This document shows, in pieces, positions 1 to 13,894 of a DNA stretch of 64,000 bases. Made by a program: the position numbers and the translations under genes. This DNA comes from Eledone cirrhosa (lineage: Eukaryota). The DNA lies in assembly GCA_964016885.1 (NCBI GenBank), contig OZ024753.1:33170001-33234000 (forward strand), in the 5' to 3' direction. The notes under the pieces are model-generated. The model saw only the letters and a program-made list of their open reading frames with translations, was not told where the DNA came from and ran no database searches. Every line of letters begins with the position of its first letter. Position 1 is the first letter of the stretch.

Positions 1-6
1 CAAATA

Positions 7-198
7 ATAATTGTTTCTACGTTTGGCACAAAGCCAGAAATTACCCACAGCATTACTGGTACTTTATTTTATCGACTCCGTAAGGATGAAAGGCAAAGTT
101 AACCTCGGTGGGATTTGAACTCAGAATGGTAAGGGCCGTAACTCTATGCATCAAAGCATGGCGTCCGACCCTCTACCGATACTGCCAATCCACTGCCA
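7..198 (-). mobile_element. tRNA-derived SINE, family A (full length)
   Basis: Minus strand reads GGCAGTGGATTGGCAGTATCGG (A box), GAGTTCAAATCC (B box), GCCTTTCATCCTTACGGAGTCGATAAAATAAAGTACCAG core, then GTAGAAACAATTATT tail. caaataataat occurs on both sides (TSD-like). More than 10 copies in the window. Confidence 0.88.
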
Positions 199-573
199 AA
201 TAATAATACCACTAAATCTGTAGAGAACTATCACACAGAATATCAATTTAGTCAAAAATTATTCTCTTAAAACATTTATGTGGACAGAAGCAGGTAAGAG
301 AATATTATGAGATACAGCAAGAACTTACTGGAATTTATTTTTTTCTTGCATGTTTAAAAGGTTTAAAACCTGTAGATTTAATAGTTTGTAAAAATATTTG
401 CATCTGCTAAAGTAATTTCTAAATGGAGCTGCACCTGTCTTGATATATTGGAATGGGAGTCTTTTCAATTACATAGAATTTAATTAAAAAATGCTGGATG
501 AGTATGCTCCACACTGATGGCTGTATAGTGCTTATATAAACCGCGCGTGCGCGCGTGCGTGTGTGCGTGTGCG

Positions 574-604
<31 letters not shown>

Positions 605-789
605 ACACACACACACACACATGTGAGTATCATCATCATAATTTTCTGTCTGTTTTCAATGCTGGCTTTTGCTACACAAGTCATCATGTTTCAAGACTAG
701 ATTGGTCTGAGGAACATATATTGTTCATGTTCCATATTTTGTCCTTTCAAATGCCAATAATTTTACAGAGAATACAGAATGCATTTTAT

Positions 790-1135
790 CATTGCAACAG
801 CATGATCTTTGTCACTTTCATAATCTGCTCTCTCAGTTTGATACCACTGACTTTATTTACATCTTTCTCGAGCACCTCCCTTCCTTTGTATATAGTTAGT
901 ACACTATTCCAGTCATGGATAATGGCATTTCCCTCTAATATGTGTGATTAGCCTGACACCTACTTTGGAGGATATTTTCAACATTTTAACAACAATCTCT
1001 GGTGGTCCATCTGCTTCTCCTGCTTTCATATCCATTTTAAAGCTGTCAATTTCAATAGTGAATTCCAATGTTGGGTCTACTTGGTGTACTCCTCTTTCCA
1101 ATGTAACATTATTTCAATGCCAACTTCTTTTTAGT
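790..1135 (-). pseudogene. Decayed RTE-clade LINE fragment (pre-RT/RT start)
   Basis: Minus-strand translation GEADGPPEIVVKMLKISSKVGVRLITHI..IIHDWNSVLTIYKGREVLEK..SGIKLREQIMKVT parallels PKDWCSSIIVNCCKGKGDALDRGNYRGIKLMDQVMKVT of the RTE at 43844. Frameshifted. Confidence 0.75.
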
Positions 1136-1928
1136 GTCAGTGAAGGCATTTAATATTAAATACATGCAACTAATAAACGTATATTTGGACACACTATGCA
1201 AATAGATCCTATGATTTAAATGACATGGCTATTTCTGCAGAACAGGTTGTAGGAAAACTTGACTTGTTGCATCTGTCTACACACGATCATCAGCAGTATT
1301 TACTTCATCTGTTCAACAGAGAGAGAGAGTAGTTTACAACTACTTATAAAAAGTACAATGAACAACCAATACTACTTTTGACTATTTGCATATTTATATG
1401 GTCATTGTTATTGTGGATTAATTACTTAAACTACCAAGACAGCAATTAATTTCTTTTAGGTTTCGAGTTGTGCTGATATTGAAGAGACTCCAACAGTTAC
1501 TTAACACCAACATGGAAATAAGTTTATCCACTCCTAAACTAACCCATCATTTCTATAGCCAGAAGCTGTCAACTTCTAAACAGACTATCAAATTTAATTG
1601 GAAACTGGCAATCATAAATATCTGTGAAGCTGGACTTTCTCTTACATATACTGCTAGAAATGCAAGGAATATACACCAAGATTCATTCTATCCTAAGATT
1701 ATATATCTATATATATATATATATATTTAGAGCAGGTAAAATTCCTGAGATTATATATCTATACAGAATGCAAATATATTCTAACCACATTAAAATCTGT
1801 AAATAAATTTAGTGGCATTTATTTAAGAAATATATACATAACAGCGTAAATAGAACACACGTTTAAAACAGATCTCTCTGGAAAAGACTTGTTTTGATGA
1901 ATAAATACACACACACACACATATATAG

Positions 1929-1960
<32 letters not shown>

Positions 1961-1966
1961 ATACAT

Positions 1967-2271
1967 GGAGGCATATGGCTTAGTGGTTAGAGCATTGGCC
2001 TTGCAATCGAAAGGTTGTCAGTTCAATTCTCAGACCGGGTGATGTGTTGTTTCCTTGAGCAAGACACTTTATTTCACATTGCTCCAGTTTACTCAGCTGT
2101 AGAAATGAGATGAGAGGGACTGGGTGCCACGACAAAAAAGCACCCAGCACTCACTGTAAATGAGGTTGGAGTTAGGAAGGGCATCCAGCTGTAGAAATCA
2201 AGCCAGCATCAGTTCCCGTCCCACCCTTGCAAGCAGGGAAAAAGCGGATGTAAAATGAAATGATGATGATG
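1967..2271 (+). mobile_element. tRNA-derived SINE, family B (small internal deletion)
   Basis: Head GGAGGCATATGGCTTAGTGGTTAGAGC..GTTCAATTC (A/B boxes), central CCTTGAGCAAGACACTTTATTTCAC..CAGCTGTAGAAATGAG domain, RTE-type tail ending (GAT)n. Sits next to a (TA)/(CA) tract. Confidence 0.88.
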
Positions 2272-5200
2272 AGACGTGTGTGTACATGCATATGTGTATG
2301 ATGTCACAAAAAATGTACCAAGCTCCCTCTAATTTAGTTGGAGTTAGGAAAGGCATCCAGTCAAATTAACAAACCTGTTTTTAAATATTTTCTGCGAAAC
2401 TATATATATTACAGAATGTCAAGAGTTAAAGTATTTATCTAAGAACCTTCCAACATAATTTTATGTAAGAACCTTTAAGTTATATTTGAAACACCAGTTT
2501 AAATACAAGAAAGGTATTTTAATAATTCCCTCCAAAACTATTTGAAAATCATAGGCTCTGTCTTTCATTAGAAATGTAGTAACAAAACGGTTACAAATAT
2601 AATTGATTAAAGTAGATTGCTATGTATAAAATATTTAGTTGCATTTAAATTCAAATATAATGAAGCAGCCTATTTAGAAAGTGAAGGACTCCAATTTAAA
2701 CCTCCATTAACCCTTTCAGAAACACATTTATTTCTACTGTAACCTTTTTGATACCAATATCTGCCTCTGGCTCTATGATACAAAACCACCATTTTTAACG
2801 GGTTCCTATTTAAATTAACATCATCCAGCATAATTCTATATCAGAATCATGTGGTACGTTATAAATACCATCTTATTAAGATAACTTTAGTGACTTCCTT
2901 CAAATATTTCATTAATATTTTTAAATATAGTGTATTTAATTAGAAATGCAGTAACATATGCGTGACACCCATAGTCTATGTGTTTTAATTAATTTTAAAA
3001 GTAATGAAGAATGTGTGCGCTTTTATAAAATTATCTAAATGTTACATTTCTTTCTACATCTTTTTAGCACTACATGTATATATATATATAGAGAGAGATT
3101 ATCCAGGATTATATTTTTGTTTCAATCAATGTGACATTAGCGAAAATGCTTTCACCATCCATGGTGGAGATATTGCCAACTTTGTTTTGTATATATATAT
3201 ATATATATATATATCATCATCATTTAACATCCATATATATATACTCATGAATACATGCACACACAGATACAAAGAATGTTCAGCAATGTTGTATCTCATA
3301 TAGAACATTTAGATATGGTAAAATGAGACCAAAACATTGTATTCAAAAGGATTGTATCCCTTTGCTGTAAGAATATATCTAGACTCAGGCTCAGAGAAAA
3401 CTTATTTATCTTTATCTCACAAAAAAAAGAAGGTTCTGTGGCTTCAGAAATTGAATTTAAGAATGCATTATCTGAAATTTAAGTATAGAAAAAGGTAAAG
3501 AGTAACACTTCCTCCATTTAGACCTCATCATCACCAATGGGTGATGAAGAAAGCCACCATATTGTTGTAACAGGGATATAGAAAAATTGAGAAATAGAAA
3601 GCTTCAGTCATCAGAACTAACAATACTGAATTGCTTAAAATGTATGAAAGGAGGAAAACAGATGCAATATATGTATGGAATTGGAAATAAAGGATTGCTT
3701 TTGAAAGCTCCTGAATTATAAAGTCTCACTGCAAACAACAAAAGAATATACTCTCCTAAAGTGTGGGATTTTTTTCTGTGGATGAGCCCACCAAAGCTAT
3801 GCTTATGGCAGATTTTGGTGACACCCAGGAAATGTATAATGCATAGTGCATGAGTAGAAATGTTCATGCTAGTGTGACTAATAAAGAAATCATTATTATT
3901 GCTACTAATATCATCACCATCACCATTTTTCAAGGAAAAGGGTGGCTGTGTCGTAATCACTAAAATGATGAGGTGTGTCACATTTCTCATTGAAAAATAA
4001 ATTGTATACTCTTCTGTTGAATTGAATGCTCAGTCAATTTTTTTACATTTGATTATGCATAAAGCAACTCCACATAAGTGTATGCATATATATCTGTGTA
4101 TGTGCATATATATACATATACACACACACAGATTTGTTGAATATATGAGGAGTATATTTTCACCAGATTGTTGTGATAGTAAATCTCAGAGATTATATAT
4201 TCTAAAATATCTTTGCTTTCCGCAAGAAAAAGAAATATGCGAAACAAAAGCCACTCTGGAAAATAAATTCAAGAAAGAATGAATGAATACATTTAGAGCA
4301 TTCTCATAGTATATTTCGTTTTGTCCTCACTAACATTACACACACATACATGTGTGTGTGTGTGCATTTATTCATTTTTGCTTGCTTTTTTCAGGTTTTT
4401 CAAATGAAACCTAGTTCCAACATGATATTCTGTTTGCTATTTCTGACAGAGTGGTTTTTAGCCATAGTTCTTCACTGATCAAATAACTTTACAGATTTTT
4501 AAAGCTAAATATGTTCCTGCATTGATTTCAGTAGAAATATACCAAACATCAGTGTGTGTTATATAATACAGAAGAAACTAATAATTTGTATGTGCACATA
4601 TTTATTTATACATATACATGCATATATATATGTATATATATGTGTGTGTGTGTGTGTATATAAAAGTATACTTTACATACATATAAACAAATATATATAT
4701 ATAAAAGGTAAATAGAAATAACAAAAATAATAAAACAAACAGCACAGTACATAGAATATATATATATAGAGAGAGATAGATAGATAGATAGAAGACAGAG
4801 TGATATCAGATATTTGAGAGGCAAATCTTCAAGAAAAAAATTCCACCACCCCTTCACTAAACATGAAGTTTTGGTTTTAGTTCTATGAAGCATTATAAAA
4901 ATTGATTGAGACAGCAAAGCAAAATTTTATTAAAGTTTTATTACAGTATTTTGTGACAGTCATATATTATATTGTATCTGTTGATACTTATTAGTGACTG
5001 TAGGTGTGTATGCATGTATCTATACATCTCTCTATATTAGTCTGTTATCTATATATATGTACGTATGTGTGTGTGCATACATATATTTATTATATATATG
5101 TGTGTGTATATATATATAGGTGTATATAATTATATATATATACAAGTATATGTGTGCTTACAACATATGTACATGTCTATGCATATATATATATTCATAT

Positions 5201-6679
5201 AGATGGACGTTAAATGATGATATATGTGTATATATGTGCGTGTGTGTGTATATATATATATATATAGGGAGTGTGAGAGAGAGTACATACACACATTTAT
5301 GTGTTGACCTATGTGTTTGTATATATGCATATATATGAGTATGTACATTCATGTTTGTGTGTGAATGTGCATCATATTTGTAAAGGAAACATTATGCTAT
5401 AAATTGGCAAGATTAAGTATAGTGAAAGAACTTTACTTAACTCTTTGGTAAAGGTTCTGCATCAAATATATTTCTATTGTATCTATCAAATACTTTTCTA
5501 TTTACGATATATATAGTTACAGCTTTATGATATTTTTGCTTTTCATATATGGTGCATGTAGTTCTTTACACCCACACATGCATATACATCTGACATCACC
5601 ATTTCTACATTTATTTTTCATGCGCTAGCATTGGTTGTGGATATATATGCACCCATATACGCACATGTGCCCAGATAGGTGCGCACACCCATGTATGCAT
5701 GCTCGTGCCTATATATGCGCCCATCATTGCGCCCATATACACGCCTATATAGGTGTGCCCATATATGCGCACACTTGTATACACATGTGCATATATAGGT
5801 GCATCTATACGAACGCATGTATATATATGCACACCTATATACATGCAAATATATGCATGCGCATGTATTTATGCACACACACACACCCACCCGCCCGCCT
5901 GTTTGAGCAGAATATTTATTTATTTCCCACATTAATTGGACATCCTTTTTTTTTTTTATCAAGGTCCACACATTCTTGCTATCTGTATTACAGCTGTTGA
6001 CATCTTCCAGGGCCACTGATTACTCTTCATCAATGTTTGGCCAACTTTGACCCTCTTGGACCATTCTTTTATTTGGCTAGCAGCCATGGTATTGTCCTAA
6101 AACCTTGTTGAAATTGGCAAAAACTTGCCACAGGTTTTCAAGTTTTGGGAAAAACTTGAAAGATTTTTGATCAACACTTTCCGTCATCACGAGCAAAGCC
6201 TGCATGCAGCAAATGTGTTGTACAGCACCACACAATCTGGTTGCTTGACAGTGACTGACATATGCAAAGAGCTCTCCAAAATCCATATATAAGTATTGTG
6301 TGCATATATGCATGCACACAATACTTATTTACTTTATTTTTTCCAAATTATACCATGCTGATTGCATTCAAAAACTCATTTCTTTAAAATATAGATTACT
6401 AAATATTTCTTTATATTTTGGGATATAACATTTAAATATATTCCCCCATTCACTTCTTTTTAATTTTTTTTTCTTTTTTTACTGTAAGTAATAATTAGGT
6501 TTTGCTTCTTGTAGGCTGGATTAATTAAAAATTAATTCAATTGAAATGGCTCAGCTTGAAAAATATTCGCATAATACATGAGGTCTAAATTTCTTTAAAA
6601 TGTTGGTAACTGCTGTAATAGTTCATTAAATGAACTATCATTGAAATATCTCCTGGGATTATATATATAAAAAAAAAGC

Positions 6680-6802
6680 AATGTATTTGAAAGGATGAAA
6701 GGCAAAGTTGACTGACTGTATGTGAACTTTGTGCACAGAGAGCTGGAACAAATACTGTTAAGCATTCTATTAGATGCTCTAATGATTCTGCCAAGTCACC
6801 AC
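6680..6802 (-). mobile_element. Old family A SINE relic
   Basis: aaggatgaaaggcaaagttgac core and gattctgccaagtcacc head remnant. Confidence 0.55.
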
Positions 6803-7628
6803 TTGCATTGATGGACAATAATTGAATTTGAAAACAGTGTGTGTGCGTGTACATATGTGTGAGTATGAGTAAGTGAGAGTGAGTGCAAGTCTATGTGTGT
6901 GTGTGTGTTTGTGTGTGCATGCAGAGGGTGAGAACGAATTGGGGAGTAAAATAAAATAAAAGTAAAGAAAGGATGAGTGGAAAAATGAAATGCAGAGAAT
7001 AGTTGGGAAGAACGATGCAGGATTATGAGAGTTTTGAAATATGAGAAAAATAAGAAATGAAAGATGGAGTGAGAAAGACAAAAAGGAAGGAAATAAAAGG
7101 AAATGAGAAAATTTGGTAATTAATGAGAAACAATATAATTATGAAAAACACAAAAGTCCTGTGGGAATAACTCACCTTTATTGAATTATAAGTGAGGTGA
7201 ATGTGAAACCAAATTATGTAAGATGGTGGCATAATTAACAATCATGAAAGACTTTCTGAAACAGCATTTTTTTACCTTTTGATCCAAGACACACTAAATA
7301 TGACACAAAGTGTGCATCAAGCCTTGTAAAAGTTTTACCTAAATCTATGTTTTTATTGTTGGTATTCATTGAATATTATTCTTTGTGCATCAGCTTCAAC
7401 ACAGTCTTTGAATTCTGTTTTCAGGTCATTCAAAATAGAATTAAATACTGCTACCACTATAACATGAATATATTTCATGTATGATAGTGTTGAATGAGAT
7501 ACCTCTCATAAATCAACTTGTGTTGCATTTTGCACCACTATGATATAAATAAACTACACAAAAATATGGAGTTCTCATTCACCTAATGTTTGAATGTTTT
7601 AAGAACTATAGTATTTTAACCGGCACAG

Positions 7629-7967
7629 ATCATTTCATTTCATTTTTACGTCCGCTTTTTCCCTGCTTGCAAGGGTGAGACAAGAACTGATTCTGGCTTG
7701 ATTTCTACAGCTGGATGCCTTTCCTAACACCAACCTCATTTACAGTGAGTGCTGGGTACCTTTTTGCCGTGGCACCTCCACGACCACTTTGCAGTGGAAT
7801 GATATTGATCCCAGTCCCTATAATCTCATTTTTACAGCTGAGTAAACTGGAGCAATGTGAAATAAAGTGTCTTGCTCAAGGAAACAACACATCACCCGGT
7901 CTGAGAATTGAACTCACAACCTTTCGATTGCAAGACCAATGCTCTAACCACTAAGCCATGTGCCTCC
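7629..7967 (-). mobile_element. SINE family B, full length
   Basis: Near-identical reverse complement of 45885-46222. Head abuts (TA)n. Confidence 0.9.
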
Positions 7968-8819
7968 ATATATATATATACACACACACACATATATACG
8001 CGCACATTGCATAACCCAGTTTTTTAGAATAGGTGCACCATATTTCTTCACGTTCTAAGAGGTAACACAATGATTAAAATAATTGGCATCAGGAAAACTT
8101 TAAAAACTGTAAAGTTGTTTCAAAACATCTAATCTAACTTGTGCCAGCATGGAAAAGTAGAGTCAAAAACACTGTTCTCTCTCTCTATATATATATATAA
8201 AAGGAGTATTGAAATTATTTCCAAACAGAGTTGGGTGCATACATTGCGTTTTGCCACAACAAAGCTCCATGCACTGAATTAATTTATAATGCGGATTTAA
8301 TTGGTCACGTTGTTTAGCACCAACATCTGCCGCTTGGTACATTTTGTAATAACTACTTTATTACAAACATTTTGAACAGGTCTCAGGAGATAGTTTACTC
8401 TCTTCCTTTGGCTTGTCATGGAGACCCTGCTAATGACCATAAGCACTGTTAACCAAATTAAGCTAGAAATTGTTCAAAAATCAAAAGGAAATGTTAGTGC
8501 ATTAAGAATATTTTGAACTTTCTGTTCCATCTTGAAGATCATGACTCAACATGCAGATGAATATGGTTCTCATAGAGTATGAAAGAGATTTCCTATTGAT
8601 TTCCTTTTGTTTGTTTGTTTTTTAATCTTGTCAGCCTTAGATAATCTCATGAGAGCAAGGGAAAGAAAAGAAGAGAATGAGACAAAAGAAAAATTGACAA
8701 AAGTACTTGTCTAATAATTTATCAATACAAAAATGATAAAAGGATAAAAGACAACAAATTACCACAAGTCATTTTATCATACATTCTAATGACTGCCAAC
8801 ATACCATTTCTGACCTTTA

Positions 8820-8895
8820 TACTTTTCTTCTATTCCTTTATTGATTTCATTCATTAGACTGTGGTCATGCACCAGGGCACTGCCATGAAGGGATT
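8820..8895 (-). mobile_element. Relic 3' tail resembling that of the CR1-group LINE at 59790-59848
   Basis: tttcattcattagactgtggtcatgcaccagggcactgcc is a diverged reverse complement of ggcggtgccccagcatggcc..ggctgaaac..taaaagag. Confidence 0.5.
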
Positions 8896-8950
8896 TAGTC
8901 AATTCTGTTAACCTCAGAACATACTTCATCAACATCTCTCTCTCTCTGTA

Positions 8951-8983
<33 letters not shown>

Positions 8984-9053
8984 ACACATGCCAGGTTCCA
9001 TACAGATACTGTCTAGTAAATGTTAAACACAAAGCAATGTCAACTCAAGGCTA

Positions 9054-9141
9054 TAATTGTTTCTATTTTTGGCACAAGGCCAGCAATTACCCAGTGCATT
9101 ACTGGTACTTTATTTTATCAACCCCGTAAGGATGAAAGGCA
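9054..9141 (-). mobile_element. 5'-truncated family A SINE
   Basis: Tail and core only (attgtttctatttttggcacaaggcc..aaggatgaaaggc). Confidence 0.8.
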
Positions 9142-9582
9142 TTATATATAATTAAACTTCACTTTCACTTTTACATGTTAAATATCTGACACCTGAGATC
9201 TACATAATGCTCTATGAGTTAAGAAACATGATTCTTCAATATTATATATTCCAATGGTGAAATAATTACTCAAACACTTTTACATCATCAAACAAGCTCC
9301 ACTGCACACTTTAAACATCTTTCTTCTATCTTCTAGCCACATCTAATAATCTTTACTGTTCATAAGAATGTCCACGTATCTGTCTATGTATATGTATATA
9401 TATATATACATAGACACACATGTATATATATATATATATATACATACACACAGATGTATATATATATATATATACATATTCATTTCAAGTAAATAATGAA
9501 AATACACCTGCTTGTTCTCTCATTTCCTGAATAAAATACCACACACAGATACAGCAAGATATTTAAGATTCTGAGATCCATC

Positions 9583-9702
9583 TAATAATTGTTTCTACTT
9601 TTGGCACAAGGCCAGCAATTATCCCTGTGTATTACTGGTACTTTATTTTATTGACCCCGTAAGGATGAAAGGCAAAGTTAACCTCGGCAGCATTTGAACT
9701 TA
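9583..9702 (-). mobile_element. 5'-truncated family A SINE
   Basis: Tail, core and B box (atttgaact). Confidence 0.8.
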
Positions 9703-9777
9703 GATATGTATAATATATATCAGAATTGTTACAGTTTTAAAAGACAGAAAGAATACATGGATTATAAATATATGGTC

Positions 9778-10040
9778 ATGGGTAAAGAACCCCTTCAGTC
9801 ATGAAGGACCATGGGATTTGCACCTAGAATGTTCCCTCTCACAGGTAGGGTTGTTTATGGAAGACAAGCAGTTGCCCATGCATACCAGTCTCCCCTCTCC
9901 ACTCCACTAAAATTGTCCAAGTGAAATGCAATGGCTAATACAGTTTGGCACCAGTGTTGTTCTAATTCATTTCTACTGAGTAAACTGGAATAACATGAAA
10001 TAAAGTGTCTTGCTCAAAAACACAATGCTTCACCCAATCC
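9778..10040 (-). mobile_element. SINE-B-like central domain with a different 3' tail (headless SINE, or LINE 3' UTR)
   Basis: tgagtaaactgga..tgaaataaagtgtcttgctcaa matches the SINE-B core. The tail (..ggtgcaaatcccatggtccttcatgactgaaggggttctttacc on minus) differs from SINE-B. No tRNA head seen. Confidence 0.65.
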
Positions 10041-10044
10041 ATGT

Positions 10045-10468
10045 TTTCAGACTGATGGTTAGACCTCTTATGGGTTTTCAAATGTCTTACGAGTCCTGAG
10101 CAGGTCTTGCAGACTTTGTCACATACGTCACAGGTAAACAGGTCTGCAGGTCTGCAATAACAAATTTAGCATAATCGGATGGTGAGTTGTTTATGGGACT
10201 TCTGGAGAGGCTTTGGAGTCCTGTGTTTGATAAGCATATTTAGTCACACTTACTCATGGCAAACAAAGCTGAAGAACAGCTGGGTCTACTTCCTTTCTCT
10301 TGCAAGCAGCTCTTTTGGTCTTTGCCCAGCTTATTGATTTTACATGGAATGAGTGATATCCTGCGTATATCTGATGTTTTCACTTGTTTCTGTCACTATC
10401 CTGTACTTCCCAGTTGTGAAAGTCAATATTACGTCTTTGATAAAGTCCTTGAAACATTTCTTAGGTTT
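10045..10468 (-). pseudogene. C-terminus of an RTE/BovB-like LINE ORF with C2H2 zinc finger(s)
   Basis: Minus strand: PKKCFKDFIK..NIDFHNWEVQDSDRNK*KHQIYAG..AKTKRAACKRK (RTE C-terminal signature), a broken finger KCD*ICLSNTGLQS, and an intact finger LFTCDVCDKVCKTCSGLVRHLKTH (10070-10141). Confidence 0.75.
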
Positions 10469-11191
10469 TTGCTTACATACATACATTTATACATTCATTC
10501 ATAAATTCATTCATACATACATATGGACTTAATTTGTATTCTGAGTTTAACCAACTTTGTTAGACTGTTAAACTAGATGTCATTCAATATTTTTTCAATT
10601 TTCAAACTTCTTACTTAATCAAAACAAATTTAATCCTTGCTTAACTTATTTTTGTTAGATGTCTTTTTTTCCTTTCCCGATTTTGTTATTGTTGTTGCTC
10701 TTGGAGTTATTTAAATTATATTTCAAACCAAGGCAATATCACGACATGTTATTTAAATATTCAGTTTGTCTTTTCGACAGAGTCAACATCATATAAATAT
10801 GATATATAATTTTCTTATCATAAAGACGTCTAACAAAAAGTTAATTAATTTAGCTCCAAGAGCTTTTGTTGCTTTCCAGGTACATTGTTTTTTGGTTTTA
10901 TTTTTTTATATATATATATTTATTTGGATATTCACATTTTTGTATGCAATGTTCAGAAAGTTTATATATATATATATATATATACAGACATACATTCATA
11001 TGTATGCATGTGTTTAAATAAATATATATAGCTATATATTTATGAATATTTACATATATATATATATAAATATTCATAAATATATAGCCCTATATATTTA
11101 AATATATATGTAAATATATATGTATACATGTATATGTATATATACATATAAATGTATATAAGCATATTTACACACAATATATATATATATA

Positions 11192-11267
11192 TCATCATTT
11201 CATTTTACGACCGTTTTTTCCCTCTTGCAAGGGTGGGACGGAAACTGATTTTGGCTTGATTTCTACG
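11192..11267 (-). mobile_element. 3' tail fragment of SINE family B
   Basis: tcatcattttcattttacg..ttgcaagggtgggacgg..ttggcttgatttctac matches the SINE-B tail. Confidence 0.75.
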
Positions 11268-11324
11268 GTTGAAACCACATTGCGGTGGCACCTACTCGAC
11301 CATCTTACAGTATGGGCTGGTTGT

Positions 11325-11600
11325 TTTTGCATCCTGTTCTCGCTCTGGCTACTGTACTTTCAGAACGTCCACATCCACTGCTGATTTGATTACCCCGGTA
11401 GCAGAAGCTCTCTACTGCTTCTATGGAATCCTCCAAGAATTTGATAGAGCTTGTTTCCTGTGGGTGTTTACTGCTGACTGCTCTTGTCCAACGGCCACAT
11501 GTACAACCTTTGTTCTTAGCTAACCTACCTGAGATCCTGCTACATCTCTTGTGTACCCGTAGTATTTGCAGCTCTAAATTTTCATTCTAGTCATTCAACA
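11325..11600 (-). pseudogene. Decayed RTE fragment, same family as 43844-45650
   Basis: Reverse complement aligns by eye with 44660-44855 (cacaggaaacaag..agcttctgctacc..gaaagtaca..agaacaggatg). Confidence 0.75.
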
Positions 11601-11619
11601 CTCAGCATCAAACAACCTA

Positions 11620-11808
11620 TGAAGTGCATGTCAGAGATCACCTTCTCTCGAGTTAAGTAATACAATGTTGTCTTCAAATTCCAGCCAACTAATTTTACAC
11701 CTGCCAGTCTTGATACCATTTTCAACCTGGCTGCACATGTCTATCCTGTTCATAAAAACAATGAACAGGAGAAGTGACAGTACACAACCTACATGGAGTC
11801 CAAAATGA
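11620..11808 (-). pseudogene. Decayed RT core of a second RTE family
   Basis: Minus strand FGLHVGCVLSLLLFIVFMNRIDMCSQVENGIKTGRCKISWLEFEDNIVLL resembles the RTE pattern GLRQGCVLSPLLF..ISRLLFADDLVLL. Confidence 0.7.
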
Positions 11809-12664
11809 TGAAGGACAAAGAATCAGACCAGCAGCAGTAGATTGATAAAGTTGTTAGAGAGCCAGACTGGTTGCTCTGTAGTATATCACATCTGGCCAAC
11901 TGAAAAATGATGTTTCTAGCAAGATATGAAACTGACAGATGATATCAGCAATGGAAAAACGATAGAAACATAGCTTCTTTGTTCTGGTCTGAAGATGGGC
12001 TCCTTTCATTGCCTTTTTTAGTAGAAAAATGTGACTTCTACAAAGGCATATACAGTAATTGATACTTTAATGTTGTCAACATATTTCAATTTTCTATTTA
12101 GAGGTGTCTGTCTTTAGTAGATTCAAAATATTGGTTGACTGTTTAACACTGCTCAATTTAGGGAGAGTCTTAGTTAATTAAGGGAATTTTGAGTTCACTA
12201 CATTAAGTGCATTAGTGTTCTTGCTCACTCCATTAATTTTATGAACATTGACTTTACTAAATTGCAAACAGCTACAGCCAATATCCCATCTTAATTTCAA
12301 AGCTAAGGCTGATGATATTTCTATCTAAGCATCTTGGGTTCAAAAAGGACCACCAGCACTTTGTCACTGCTTTGGAAAAGGTTAAATCGATTTTGTTCCA
12401 CCAAACTAATCAATATCACCCACAGAAATTAGAGTAACTAATTAATGTTTTAGAAATATGACAAACTGTAAAGCATCTGACATGTCTCTCTAGGTTTGCA
12501 GAAGCAAACAAACATTGATATCGTCATTATAAAGATTTAAATTTGCTAGAAAATTAAATTACCATTTGCCTGTTGCTTAATAATTGTATTTAGTATGAAA
12601 TTAGGAAAGTATTGTATCTCATGCCTCCAATATACAAAATTTTAAACAAAATTAGAAAGTATCA

Positions 12665-12788
12665 GGCATGGGTAGTTTAAGTATTTCTTCACAATTATGC
12701 AATTTTGAGTTCAGTCACAGTGCGTGAAACTTTGAGCAAATATTTACTACAGCTTTGGATGACAGAAACTATGGAAAAGCCCATAGTA
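12665..12788 (+). mobile_element. Old tRNA-SINE relic, family C
   Basis: gagttcagtc (B box), ttgagcaaat, and acagaaactatggaaaagccc end shared with relics at 33025-33152 and 34898-35036. Confidence 0.5.
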
Positions 12789-12867
12789 TATATACACATA
12801 TACATAAGTATGTATATGTACATATATATATATTCACGTGCGTGTGTGTGTGTGCATATATAGGTAG

Positions 12868-12953
<86 letters not shown>

Positions 12954-13862
12954 AACAAACTTTATTTTAGACATGTTAACACCACAAAGATGTTCTAGTT
13001 TTAATCTATGTACATAAATATTCCAGATACATAAATCTGGATACATAAATATTCCAGAGAACGTTTTATTTTTCGTTAAAGTAGATACAATGGATGAAAT
13101 GAAGAAAACCTTTGGAATGAGAAATGCATTTAATTTGAATTAAATGGCAACATCTTCTATTTATAGTCTAAGGATGGGCTTAGTTTGAGTAACGGTTAAT
13201 CTAACTTTACCTCTTTGCATAACAATAACTAAATCCATTTTAATTACTGGTACAGAGGTGAAAGATGTCATCTAGTTGCAGACATCTTATTACCTGTGTG
13301 CCAATGTTAGAAATCGTTATTTCTAAAATTCTATTAATAAAAAAAAAAAAATCAATACATTTATGTTACTGATCAATAAAGCAACTTCTTTATGACCACC
13401 ACTATAGACTGCCATCAACATCAACAACACCACCAATATTACTGTCAGTAATATTAACACCAAACATTTGACATCCTCCATTATTAGTATAACGACTTAA
13501 CTGCCGTGACATCATACCCTCTATTTCTCACCCCCACCACCCCACTTTCACACATACATTCTCTCTCCCATCATTTCTCTCATTTCTCATCAATACATTA
13601 ATTCACTCTAGAAAAAGCAAAATTAATTAATCTTTTTTGTCTTTGCACAGCAAGAAATCCTATCCTTTAAAAACAAACTGGGAAAAAATAATGGATGGTC
13701 TCAAAGATGATAATAGTAGTTGTGATGATGATGTTTATGATGATGATGAAGGTAGTGGCATAGATTATGTAATGGTGATCATAATGATAGTGTTGATGGT
13801 GATAATGATGGCTATATAATGAAGATAAGTCTGTAAAATGAATTCCAACATTGGAAATTGTG

Positions 13863-13894
<32 letters not shown>

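Noticed and set aside
913-1101. 62-aa ORF that looked like a host exon
   Set aside because: Matches the RTE LINE pre-RT region and continues through frameshifts.
1967-2040. SINE heads as tRNA genes
   Set aside because: They continue into SINE core and tail in every copy, and no complete cloverleaf was established.
10070-10141. C2H2 finger as part of a host zinc-finger gene
   Set aside because: Embedded in a decayed RTE C-terminus with stops, with no TGEKP linkers.
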